DNA from: a plasmid
DNA length: 64,000 nt
Sequence record: NZ_CP028351.1
Reading direction: 5' to 3' (one strand)
Shown: positions 1 to 9,067 of the stretch, in pieces
Layout of the letters: each line of letters begins with the position of its first letter
Position numbering within the stretch: the stretch's first letter is position 1
Notes under the pieces: model-generated
What the model was told of the DNA's origin: nothing
The model's input: only the letters and a program-made list of their open reading frames with translations
The model's database searches: none
Position numbers and translations under genes: made by a program

Positions 1-29
1 ACCGACAAAAATCGCGCTTTATGAAGCCA

Positions 30-1067
30 TCAGCCGGGAATATCGGGTTCCGCATATTGTTCCATGAACTCCACCATAGCGCCTTTATGCGCATCCACAT
101 GACGGATATAACGCATTAGTGTCTCCGGTTTTTTCCAGGTGCCTTCCTGCATGATGCGGGCGACAGGATAGCCTTTATCTGCCATATCCTGAGCTGCGCC
201 CACCCTGGCACTGTGGCCACTCCAGCCGGTATAGCGATTCTTGTTAGCCTTTATTGCACTGCCTTTTCCAGCCGTTCGCCAGGCTCGATTAAAAATCTGT
301 TCCAGTGCCCGGGTACTCATCGGTTTTTCTGTAATCAGCACCCGGCCTGAGCGGTGTACTGCATTGAACAGCCAGGCATCAGGCTGACTGGAAAGGCCGG
401 ACGCCTCGATCCACTCTTCAAGTCGCCGGGTTGAATGAGCGCTGAGCGCCTTGATCAATCCGCCAGTCTGCACAAGGGTTTTTGTCCACGCCACATCCAG
501 AATGATACGACCATCACCGGCACGCATCACATCACGCACCCGCAACCGTGACAGTTCACTGATACGCAGTAGCGTTGCATAGGCGACATGCAAAAAAGCC
601 AGATCACGAAGCACCTGGAGATTGTCAGAACCTGACCACTGTTTATCCAGCACCATCAGGTCTGTCAGCCTGAAGGGCACGGCCTGGCCTGCACGCTCGC
701 CATTCACAACGGCAACCCGGTTAATCTTCTTCATGGTACGGAAAACCAGCGGAGAACCATTCGGCACAGGCAAGCCGGCGTTACGGTGTAACATCGAAAT
801 CAACGCTGCATGGGACGTGACGGTCGAAGAAGCCCGTCCGCTTTCAGCCAGAAAAGAGAGATAGTCACGCAAATCCTCTGCGCTCATCGGCAGAAAAGTA
901 CGCTGGTTATCTTCTGACCACTGATTGCAGATTCGCATGACGCTAAGCAGCTGTCGCCAGGTATTGGGGGAAAAGGCCTCTTTGTCCTGGACGAACTGTC
1001 TGAGCCGTTCGGTGATATCACTGTTCCGGTTCACCGTCAGACGGGTTAACGGCACTATCTCACTCAT
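30..1067 (-). CDS. Cre-like tyrosine site-specific recombinase
   Basis: The 345-aa ORF is colinear with P1 Cre. Shared blocks include LLSVxR, AFLxxAYxTLLRIxExxRxRVxD, WSGHSARVGAAxDMA and the LMRYIR Tyr box. The start codon is the complement of 1065-1067. Confidence 0.9.
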   Translation of the reverse strand: MSEIVPLTRLTVNRNSDITERLRQFVQDKEAFSPNTWRQLLSVMRICNQWSEDNQRTFLPMSAEDLRDYLSFLAESGRASSTVTSHAALISMLHRNAGLPVPNGSPLVFRTMKKINRVAVVNGERAGQAVPFRLTDLMVLDKQWSGSDNLQVLRDLAFLHVAYATLLRISELSRLRVRDVMRAGDGRIILDVAWTKTLVQTGGLIKALSAHSTRRLEEWIEASGLSSQPDAWLFNAVHRSGRVLITEKPMSTRALEQIFNRAWRTAGKGSAIKANKNRYTGWSGHSARVGAAQDMADKGYPVARIMQEGTWKKPETLMRYIRHVDAHKGAMVEFMEQYAEPDIPG

Positions 1068-1102
1068 CTTTGCTCGCTTATTAATCAGAAAACGCGATGA
1101 TC

Positions 1103-1160
1103 GCGCTACGTGAATTCTGAGAATTCAGCAGGGGGATTACCGGTCAGAATTTACGTAGCG
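1103..1160. repeat. nested inverted repeats between the recombinase start and the lox site
   Basis: Two 16-bp arms, GCGCTACGTGAATTCTG and CAGAATTTACGTAGCG, form an inverted repeat with one mismatch and a spacer of about 25 bp. An inner perfect palindrome GAATTCTGAGAATTC sits inside it. The element is operator-like. Confidence 0.5.
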
Positions 1161-1221
1161 TTGCCATTTTGCAGCCTTACCTTTGCTGCCCATTATCATA
1201 ACCCGTCAATTTTCCTGTGTC

Positions 1222-1255
1222 ATGACTTCGTATAAGAACAATTATACGAAGTTAT
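1222..1255. other. lox-like recombination site: ATGACTTCGTATA - AGAACAAT - TATACGAAGTTAT
   Basis: The 13-bp inverted arms match P1 loxP at 25 of 26 positions. The 8-bp spacer differs. The site lies about 155 bp upstream of the cre-like start, as loxP lies relative to cre in P1. Confidence 0.8.
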
Positions 1256-1956
1256 AATTCCATAGCCTTTCTGCAAGATTTTTGCCAACCGGTCTGGCGC
1301 AGAATCGTGTGGAGTAGGGTGTCATCCTGACCACGCATTTACCGGTTGCGTTAGCATAAGGACACAGGCTGTGCAGAGCATGAGATTTGAACCAGACGTC
1401 TGAATAACCCTTCTCAACTTCAGCTTAATAAAATTACTCACTTAAATAATGGCAATAGTGAATTGAATTGATAAGACGATTTTCAATGGCTCATAAATAA
1501 TCGAACACGAAGCTCGCCTGAAAATAAGCCAGAAAAGATCCCAAATGATATTCACGTTCCGGACGACCATGACCATTATTTATCGTTAGCCTGTAAGTTG
1601 AGCAGATTTTCCCACCATTATCTTTATTGTCACGAACTGATAACCCCACATTCCTACTACCAAAAAGTGTTCTGAAAGCATTTGTCAGAATAAAAAACTA
1701 AATATCAATATTTTAAAGATTTAAATATCACCCGGCAATGACAAGCCGCTATCCTGCACTCCTGAATATGGGAAGCAGTGACACCCTTTTATCCGCTTTT
1801 AATCAAAATAAGACGGACAGTTAATGAACTGACCGAAGCAGATTAATAATGAATAAGATGATATTGGGGTCATTGAGAACTAATCAATTATGCGCATTTT
1901 TATGCCGGCGTCTGAAGTAACACCGGCATTCATCAGGGTAAAAAGAGGATTTTTTC

Positions 1957-2424
1957 ATGAAGAAAAGTTTATTATCGCTGTGTCTTTTAGGTCTTTCCTG
2001 CGCGCCGGCTATTACACTGGCACAACAGCCGGTTAGCTGTGTCAAAGCGTCTGAACAGGATGTAGCCAGCCTGTTTGATACCTGGAATAATACGCTGGCA
2101 ACCGGCGATGCGACTAAAGTCTCTGAGTTATATGTCAGCGATGCCGTGCTGCTGCCAACTATTTCAAACCATGTGCGCCTGACAGACCAGGAACGCATTG
2201 ACTATTTCAAAGACTTCCTGAAAAAAGGTCCGAGCGGTAAAATTGATTCCCGCACTATCCGGATTGGCTGTAATAAAGCGATTGATGCCGGCGTTTATAC
2301 CTTTACCTTCAAAGATAACACGCACGTCACTGCACGTTATACCTTCACTTACGTCTGGGATGGCAAGGGCTGGAAAATCTCAACGCATCACTCTTCAGCT
2401 ATGCCAGAGCCAGTGAGCAAGTAA
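1957..2424 (+). CDS. secreted NTF2-fold protein (DUF4440/SnoaL-like)
   Basis: N-terminal signal peptide MKKSLLSLCLLGLSCAPAITLA. The C-terminal WKISTHHSS motif is typical of the DUF4440 / CaMKII-AD-like NTF2 family. The RBS is AAAAGAGG. Confidence 0.6.
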   Translation: MKKSLLSLCLLGLSCAPAITLAQQPVSCVKASEQDVASLFDTWNNTLATGDATKVSELYVSDAVLLPTISNHVRLTDQERIDYFKDFLKKGPSGKIDSRTIRIGCNKAIDAGVYTFTFKDNTHVTARYTFTYVWDGKGWKISTHHSSAMPEPVSK

Positions 2425-2458
2425 TATTCTTTCACATTAGTACCGACTTTTTAAAATC

Positions 2459-2488
2459 AGCCTCTGAATATTTCAGGGGCTAATTTTT
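2459..2488 (+). terminator. rho-independent terminator candidate
   Basis: A 10-bp stem (AGCCTCTGAA / TTCAGGGGCT, one G·U pair) with a 3-nt loop, followed by AATTTTTA. It lies 35 nt after the stop at 2424. Confidence 0.5.
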
Positions 2489-2695
2489 ATGGTCAAAAAA
2501 TATTTTTATTGCCTCAGCCAGAAATACCTGAAAAAGCCAAAGCCATATTATGAATTAGCTTTGCGAATATTGTAATAACCACGCTATTTACTTCGTTCTG
2601 ACCAACTGCCTATTATCGCTTTCATCGTAAATAAATGTGACGCGCTCAATATCAGCCAATCTGCTTTGACGCCTGTCTCTTTTTCCGGAAGCGCT

Positions 2696-3907
2696 ATGAA
2701 ACTCATCTCAGATCCTCCCGAGACTTGCCTGGCAGCCGTCATTACCCGACGCGATCAGGCTATTCAGGCTGCCCATTCGCTGGCTGAACAGGCGAAACCT
2801 GGTGCCATTGAACGCGATCAGCAACGACTTTACCCCCGCGACCTTCTCGACAGGTTTACCCGGCTCGGACTGGGCAGCATCAGTGTTCCACGCCACTTTG
2901 GTGGTGGGGGACTGGATTTTCAGACAGTGGCGGAGGTATTCCGCATCATCTCAGCCAGCGATCCCTCTCTGGGCCAGATTCCGCAAAATCACTTTGGTCT
3001 GATTCAGTTCATTCTTGGCGAAGGCAACCCGCAACAACAGACAACATTGCTGCAGGCGGTGGTCAGTGGCAAACGGCTGGGCAATGGGGGCCCCGAGAAG
3101 AACACCCGCCATACGCGGGACATTCAGGCACGGCTGGTCAGTGACGGTCCGGAACACCGTCTGACCGGAGAGAAATTCTATTCTACCGGTGCATTGTTCG
3201 CAGACATTCTGGTGACCACCGCTCTGCAGGAGAGTGACCAGCCTGCAATGGCTTTTATCCCGCTGCCTGCCAACGGCGCAGAGATTATTGATGACTGGTC
3301 AGGCATGGGTCAGCGTACCACGGCCAGCGGCACAGTAAGGCTTGATCGGGTTGCCGTAGATCCTGCATTGCTTATCCCCTTGCCGCCAGAAGAAAAACCG
3401 ACCCTGCGCGGGGCTGTCTCGCAACTGATTCAGGCGGCGATCGATGCTGGTATCGCTCAGGGCGCGCTGGACGATGCGCTGGAGTTTGTCCGCAGCAGCT
3501 CACGCCCCTGGGTGGACGCAGGCGTGGAGCGCAACGCTGACGATCCCTACATCCTTGCTGACATCGGTCGTATCAGTACTGAACTGAGCGCCGCAAATGC
3601 CCTACTGCGCCGGGCCGCAAACGTGCTTGATTCACTCGATCAGCAGGCACTGACAGCAGAAAACAGCGCAGCCGCCTCTATTGCCGTAGCGGAAGCCAAA
3701 GTGCTGACCACTGACATCGCGCTGCGTGCCAGTGAAAAACTGTTGGAGTGGGGCGGCAGTCGCGCCACGCTCCTGCAGCATGGGCTGGATCGCCACTGGC
3801 GCAATGCGCGCACTCACACGCTGCACGACCCGGTGCGGTGGAAAACACACGCTATCGGCAATTACTACCTCAATGCGATCTACCCCGCGCGTCATGCATG
3901 GATTTAA
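2696..3907 (+). CDS. SfnB/DszC-family acyl-CoA dehydrogenase-like sulfur-acquisition oxidoreductase (paralog 1)
   Basis: C-terminal signature LDRHWRNARTHTLHDPVRWK. It is a paralog of the next ORF. The track start at 2666 is TTG; ATG 2696 is preferred because it has a GGAAG RBS. Confidence 0.85.
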   Translation: MKLISDPPETCLAAVITRRDQAIQAAHSLAEQAKPGAIERDQQRLYPRDLLDRFTRLGLGSISVPRHFGGGGLDFQTVAEVFRIISASDPSLGQIPQNHFGLIQFILGEGNPQQQTTLLQAVVSGKRLGNGGPEKNTRHTRDIQARLVSDGPEHRLTGEKFYSTGALFADILVTTALQESDQPAMAFIPLPANGAEIIDDWSGMGQRTTASGTVRLDRVAVDPALLIPLPPEEKPTLRGAVSQLIQAAIDAGIAQGALDDALEFVRSSSRPWVDAGVERNADDPYILADIGRISTELSAANALLRRAANVLDSLDQQALTAENSAAASIAVAEAKVLTTDIALRASEKLLEWGGSRATLLQHGLDRHWRNARTHTLHDPVRWKTHAIGNYYLNAIYPARHAWI

Positions 3908-3916
3908 GGAGAAAGA

Positions 3917-5107
3917 ATGAGTCAGGTTCAGCCCAAACAGCACGCTTCCCCTATTCGCAGCGAGCAGCATGCGCTGGAAGTGGCTGCGCAACTGGCGCAG
4001 CAGTTCCGTGAGGGGGCCGCAGCGCGAGATCGTGAACGTGAACTGCCGCATTCCCCTCTGCAGACCCTGTTTCAATCAGGATTAGGGGGGATTACCGTGC
4101 CGCAGGCGTACGGAGGCATTGCCGTATCAACCGCCACACTCGTCTCTGTGATCACGCTAATTAGCGAGGCTGATGCAGCGATTGGTCAGGTTCCGCAAAA
4201 TCACTACTACGCGCTGGAAGTGCTGCGCGTTAACGGCAGTGAATCACAAAAACAACGGTTGTATCGGGAAGTCCTGACAGGCGTGCATCTGGGCAATGCG
4301 CTGGCAGAGTTCTCCTCCCGTGCCGCACATCAGCGGACCACGCAGATTCGGTGCAATATTCTCAACGGCAGCAAGTTCTACGCTACCGGTGCGCTGTTTG
4401 CTGACCGCATTCCCACGGCTGCGCGCGATGAAGAGGATAAAGAGCAACTGGTATTTGTGCCACGTCATCAGGCGGGTGTGACCGTTATTGATGACTGGAG
4501 CGGGTTTGGTCAGCGCACCACAGGCAGCGGCAGCGTCCTCTTCGAAAACGTCACGGTGGATGCTGCAGATGTGGTGCCGTTTCAGACAGCATTTGAGCGG
4601 CCGACGACCGTCGGTCCTTTTGCGCAGATTATGCACGCCGCTATCGATCAGGGAATTGCACGCGCCGCATTTAACGACATGCTCGATTTTCTGCGCCAGC
4701 GTGCCCGACCCTGGCCCGACAGCGGGGTAACGCGTGCCACTGATGACCCCTTAACGCTCGATCGCACCGGACGTCTGGCGGCGCGACTGAGCGCCGGTGA
4801 CGCCCTGTTAGCCGAGGCAGGGGCAGCCATCGACGCCGCGCAACAGCAGTCTGACGCCGCGACGGTGGCGCTGGCCTCGGTGGAGGTGGCCAGAGCGCGT
4901 GCCTGGACCACAGAAGTCTCACTGGAAGCGGCTAATTTGCTGTTTGAACTGGGCGGTTCACGCGCCAGCCTGCGTGAATATAACCTTGATCGCCACTGGC
5001 GTAACGCGCGCACCCATACCCTGCACGATCCGGTACGCTGGAAATATCCCGCGATAGGGAATTACCTGCTCAATGGCGTGCTGCCACCGCGCCGGGGCAC
5101 GCTATGA
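3917..5107 (+). CDS. SfnB/DszC-family acyl-CoA dehydrogenase-like oxidoreductase (paralog 2)
   Basis: Same family signature (LDRHWRNARTHTLHDPVRWKYPAIGNY). Strong RBS AAGGAGAAAGA. Confidence 0.85.
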   Translation: MSQVQPKQHASPIRSEQHALEVAAQLAQQFREGAAARDRERELPHSPLQTLFQSGLGGITVPQAYGGIAVSTATLVSVITLISEADAAIGQVPQNHYYALEVLRVNGSESQKQRLYREVLTGVHLGNALAEFSSRAAHQRTTQIRCNILNGSKFYATGALFADRIPTAARDEEDKEQLVFVPRHQAGVTVIDDWSGFGQRTTGSGSVLFENVTVDAADVVPFQTAFERPTTVGPFAQIMHAAIDQGIARAAFNDMLDFLRQRARPWPDSGVTRATDDPLTLDRTGRLAARLSAGDALLAEAGAAIDAAQQQSDAATVALASVEVARARAWTTEVSLEAANLLFELGGSRASLREYNLDRHWRNARTHTLHDPVRWKYPAIGNYLLNGVLPPRRGTL

Positions 5108-6453
5108 CTCAGAAACAGGTTCTGCTCAACGCGTTTAACATGAATTGTGTCGGCCATATTCATCACGGCATGTGGACGCACCCGGAAGACCGTTCAACCG
5201 AGTTCAATACGCTGGCCTACTGGACTGATCTGGCCCGCCTGCTGGAACGCGGACTGTTCGATGGACTCTTTATTGCGGATATTCTGGGCGTCTATGACGT
5301 TTATCAGCAGGGTATTACGCTAACGGCACGCGAGTCGATTCAGTTGCCGGTCAACGATCCGCTGATGCTGGTTTCGGCTATGGCGGGCGTCACGCAGCAT
5401 CTTGGCTTCGCCGTGACCGCGAATCTCAGTTATGAAGCACCTTTTCCTTTTGCCCGCCGTCTTTCCACACTCGACCATCTGACTCAGGGACGGATAGGCT
5501 GGAACATCGTCACCGGCTACCTGGACAGCGCCGCCCGTGCCATGGGAAACAAACAGCTGCTGGCACACGATGAGCGCTATGCACAGGCGGATGAGTTTCT
5601 CGATGTCAGTTATCAGCTATGGGAAGGAAGCTGGCAGGATGATGCGCTGGTTGTCGATCGCCCGAATCGTCTTTACGCAGACGCCACGAAAATTCATCCG
5701 GTCAGGCATCAGGGTGAATTTTATCAGGTTGAAGGCTATCACCTCAGCAGCCCGTCACCCCAGCGTACGCCGTTACTGTTTCAGGCCGGCACCTCTGCAC
5801 GCGGGATTCAGTTTGCTGCGCGTCATGCCGAATGCACTTTTGTTAACGCAGCGACACCCGCAGCGATGCACCAGCAGACTCAGCGGCTGCGACAGGCCGC
5901 AGTTGAAGCAGGTCGACGTGCAGATGATTTGCGCATCTTCATGGGTGTCGGCGTCATCGTCGCCCCGACAGAGCGTGAAGCACAGGAGAAACACCGCAGT
6001 TATCTTGAATATGCCAGCCCGGAAGCAGGCATTGCCCATTTCTCCAGTTCCATTGGTCTCGATCTGGCCGCCTTTGAGCTCGACGAGCCCATTATCAGCG
6101 GGGAGACCCGGGCTATTGAATCGGTCAGTAAAGCCTACAGCGGCTGGACTCGTCGCCGTCTGCTGGAGCAGCATGCGATGGGCAGTCGCTATCCACTCAT
6201 AATTGGTAATCCCGCGCAGGTCGCGGACGCGCTGCTGCACTGGATGGATGAAGGCGACATTGACGGCTTTAATCTGACCCGCATTCTGAACCCGCAGAGC
6301 TACCGCGACTTTATCGATTTAGTTGTACCTGAACTCCAGCAGCGCGGGCGCTATAAAACGGCTTATCAGCCCGGTTCACTACGCCACAAAATTTTCCAGC
6401 AGGATCGCCTGCCCGAACGTCACCCGGCGGCTCGCTGGCGTCATCCCGCCTGA
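5104..6453 (+). CDS. LLM-class FMNH2-dependent monooxygenase (NtaA/SnaA/DszA/SoxA family)
   Basis: N-terminus LNAFNMNCVGHIxxGMWTHPEDRSxEFNTLAYWTDLARLLERGxFDGLFIAD is the hallmark of this family. The start overlaps the upstream stop (ATGA), suggesting translational coupling. Confidence 0.85.
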   Translation: MTQKQVLLNAFNMNCVGHIHHGMWTHPEDRSTEFNTLAYWTDLARLLERGLFDGLFIADILGVYDVYQQGITLTARESIQLPVNDPLMLVSAMAGVTQHLGFAVTANLSYEAPFPFARRLSTLDHLTQGRIGWNIVTGYLDSAARAMGNKQLLAHDERYAQADEFLDVSYQLWEGSWQDDALVVDRPNRLYADATKIHPVRHQGEFYQVEGYHLSSPSPQRTPLLFQAGTSARGIQFAARHAECTFVNAATPAAMHQQTQRLRQAAVEAGRRADDLRIFMGVGVIVAPTEREAQEKHRSYLEYASPEAGIAHFSSSIGLDLAAFELDEPIISGETRAIESVSKAYSGWTRRRLLEQHAMGSRYPLIIGNPAQVADALLHWMDEGDIDGFNLTRILNPQSYRDFIDLVVPELQQRGRYKTAYQPGSLRHKIFQQDRLPERHPAARWRHPA

Positions 6454-6486
6454 CCTCATTGATCTATTTAACCTCAAGGAATCACC

Positions 6487-7296
6487 ATGACACGCTCAAA
6501 AACACTACGCGCCGCACTGGGCGGCTTGCTGCTGACCCTCAGTGCCGCGGCGACCGCAGCGAACTATTCCGGCCCGCTCAAAGTGGGCACCACCGCCGCG
6601 TTTGCCCCGCCGCTGGAGACCGCCGTCGCTGAAGCAAAGAAGCAGGGACTGGATGTTGAACTTGTCGAATTTACCGACTGGACTGCCCCGAATGTCAGCG
6701 TGGAAAATGGCGATATCGACGTCAATCTGTTCCAGCACAAGCCGTTTCTGGAGAATGCTAATCAGTCCGGCGGCTTCCACCTGGTCGCTTATGCGCCAGC
6801 CATCATCAATAACATTGGTCTTTATTCCAAAAAACACAGCGCGATTGATCAGGTTCCCGAAGGCGGCACCGTTGCTATCGCCAACGATCCGATTAATGGC
6901 GCACGCGGATTATTGCTGCTGCAGAAGGCGGGGCTGATTACGCTCAAACCGGGTGTGGGACTGAAAGCAACCGTTGATGACATCGTCAGTAACCCTAAAA
7001 AGCTGAAAATTATCGAAGTAGAAGCGGTACAGCTCTCGCGCTCGCTTGAAGAAGTCGACCTGGCGCAGGGTTATCCACACTATCTGCGTCTGGCAAAAAC
7101 GATTGATCCCAATAAGGCACTGCTGTTCGACGGGCTGGAGCACCCGGAATATGTCATTCAGTTCGTAATCCGTCAGGGTCATCAGGACGATCCGCGACTG
7201 GCGAAGTTTGTTGATATCTATCAGCACTCTCCGGTAGTCCGCGCCAGCCTCGACAATTTCTATGGCAAACTCTATCAGCCAGGCTGGAGCCAGTAA
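6487..7296 (+). CDS. MetQ/NlpA-family ABC substrate-binding lipoprotein
   Basis: Signal peptide; the NLFQHKPFLEN and GGTVAIANDPxNGARGLLLLQKAGLI blocks are typical of the MetQ family. RBS AAGGAA. Confidence 0.85.
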   Translation: MTRSKTLRAALGGLLLTLSAAATAANYSGPLKVGTTAAFAPPLETAVAEAKKQGLDVELVEFTDWTAPNVSVENGDIDVNLFQHKPFLENANQSGGFHLVAYAPAIINNIGLYSKKHSAIDQVPEGGTVAIANDPINGARGLLLLQKAGLITLKPGVGLKATVDDIVSNPKKLKIIEVEAVQLSRSLEEVDLAQGYPHYLRLAKTIDPNKALLFDGLEHPEYVIQFVIRQGHQDDPRLAKFVDIYQHSPVVRASLDNFYGKLYQPGWSQ

Positions 7297-7298
7297 TC

Positions 7299-8399
7299 AT
7301 GGTCAGCCTGAGCATCCCTGAGACGTCGGCATTGTCCGATGCCGCTACGCGCCATACCAGCGGTGCCTCACACGTCATCATTGAAGCATTAAGTAAACGC
7401 TATCCCGGCCAGTCTGTGGATGCCCTGCGCAATATTAATCTCGGGATCCATCGCGGAGAAATATTCGGCATCATTGGCCGCAGCGGCGCGGGAAAATCTA
7501 CGCTCATCCGCTGCCTTAATCGTCTGGAAGAACCGACTGCCGGACGCATCGTGATCGATGGCACCGATATCAGCGCGTTTAACGCGCGGCAGCTGGTCGA
7601 ATGGCGGCGCAGCACCGGCATGATTTTCCAGCACTTCAATCTGCTGTCGGCCAAAACCGTACGGCAGAATATTGAGCTACCGCTAAAAGTGGCAGGCGTG
7701 CCTGCTGCCGTGCGGGCGCGCAAAGTGGATGAGCTGCTGGCGCTGGTCGGGCTGGAGGCACGGCAACACGCCTGGCCCGCACAGCTTTCCGGTGGACAGA
7801 AACAGCGCGTCGGTATTGCGCGTGCGCTGGTCCACGATCCGGAACTACTGCTGTGCGATGAAGCGACATCAGCACTCGACCCCGAAACGACACGCTCAAT
7901 TCTGGCGCTGCTTAAAAAGATCAATCAGCAACACCATATTACCATTGTGCTGATCACCCATGAGATGGACGTCGTTCATGACCTCTGCCACAACGTTGCG
8001 GTAATCGATCAGGGTGAAATCATTGAGCGCGGCCCGGTCTGGCAGGTTTATAGCGATCCGCAGCAGGAGACAACGCGCCAGCTGCTGAACCCCAATCACC
8101 AGGCTCTGCCAGAGTCGGTCGGCACACGCCTGACTGCCCACCGGCAACATCATCAATCCCGTCTGTTGGTGCGGTTACGCTACACCGGGCAGGGTGCACA
8201 ACCCGATATCGGTGCGCTGAGTGCAGAGATCGCGGGCGAAATCACCCTGATTTACAGCGCTATCGAGTGGGTTGACAGCAAACCCACCGGCCAGTTGTTG
8301 CTCCTGCTGGATGCCCGACACGAGGCGCAATCCGTGACAACTCAACTGGCGCACATCGCCGATCGACTGGAGGTATTAGGTTATGTCACCGGCTATTGA
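7299..8399 (+). CDS. MetN-like ABC transporter ATP-binding protein with C-terminal NIL domain
   Basis: Walker A GRSGAGKST, signature LSGGQKQR and Walker B LLLCDEATSALD. The 366-aa length includes a C-terminal regulatory domain. Confidence 0.9.
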   Translation: MVSLSIPETSALSDAATRHTSGASHVIIEALSKRYPGQSVDALRNINLGIHRGEIFGIIGRSGAGKSTLIRCLNRLEEPTAGRIVIDGTDISAFNARQLVEWRRSTGMIFQHFNLLSAKTVRQNIELPLKVAGVPAAVRARKVDELLALVGLEARQHAWPAQLSGGQKQRVGIARALVHDPELLLCDEATSALDPETTRSILALLKKINQQHHITIVLITHEMDVVHDLCHNVAVIDQGEIIERGPVWQVYSDPQQETTRQLLNPNHQALPESVGTRLTAHRQHHQSRLLVRLRYTGQGAQPDIGALSAEIAGEITLIYSAIEWVDSKPTGQLLLLLDARHEAQSVTTQLAHIADRLEVLGYVTGY

Positions 8400-9033
8400 A
8401 CGTTTATGGGTCGCCTTTCTGGATACGCTGCTGATGGTAGGCGTCTCCTCTGCGCTCGCGCTTGCGCTGGGCTTACCAATGGCGGTGATTCTGGTGGTCA
8501 GCGGACGCGGCGATCTTTTTCCCAGCCCACTACTTAATCGGGTGCTGGGCTGGGTGGTTAACCTCTTTCGCTCCATCCCATTTCTGATCCTGATGGTGGC
8601 GTTAATTCCCTTTACCCGCTGGATTGTGGGAACCACCTATGGCGTTTGGGCAGCCGTCGTACCGCTTACCCTGGCGGCCACCCCGTTTTTTGCCCGTATT
8701 GCGGAGGTCAGCCTGCGTGAAGTTGATAAAGGACTGACCGAAGCGGCGCAGGCCATGGGATTTCATCGCTGGCATATTATCTGGCATGTGCTGCTGCCGG
8801 AAGCGCGGCCAGGCATCGTCAGCGGTTTTACCATCACGCTGGTGACGATGATTAACGCGTCAGCGATGGCCGGCGCCATCGGTGCAGGAGGATTAGGGGA
8901 TCTGGCGTATCGTTATGGTTATCAGCGGTTTGATATGCAGGTAATGGTGACAGTTATTGTGGTGCTGGTCGCGCTGGTGACGTTGCTTCAGTTGTGCGGT
9001 GACCGGCTGTCGCGACGGCTGAATCACCGCTAA
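8383..9033 (+). CDS. MetI-like ABC transporter permease
   Basis: 216 aa with five predicted TM segments. It overlaps the ATPase gene. Confidence 0.85.
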   Translation: MSPAIERLWVAFLDTLLMVGVSSALALALGLPMAVILVVSGRGDLFPSPLLNRVLGWVVNLFRSIPFLILMVALIPFTRWIVGTTYGVWAAVVPLTLAATPFFARIAEVSLREVDKGLTEAAQAMGFHRWHIIWHVLLPEARPGIVSGFTITLVTMINASAMAGAIGAGGLGDLAYRYGYQRFDMQVMVTVIVVLVALVTLLQLCGDRLSRRLNHR

Positions 9034-9067
9034 ACGCGTAAGGCCGGGATCACCCGGCCTTACTGTA

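Noticed and set aside
5537-6202. 221-aa ORF in an alternative frame of the same strand as the monooxygenase gene
   Set aside because: It overlaps a well-supported CDS out of frame and its sequence is low-complexity.
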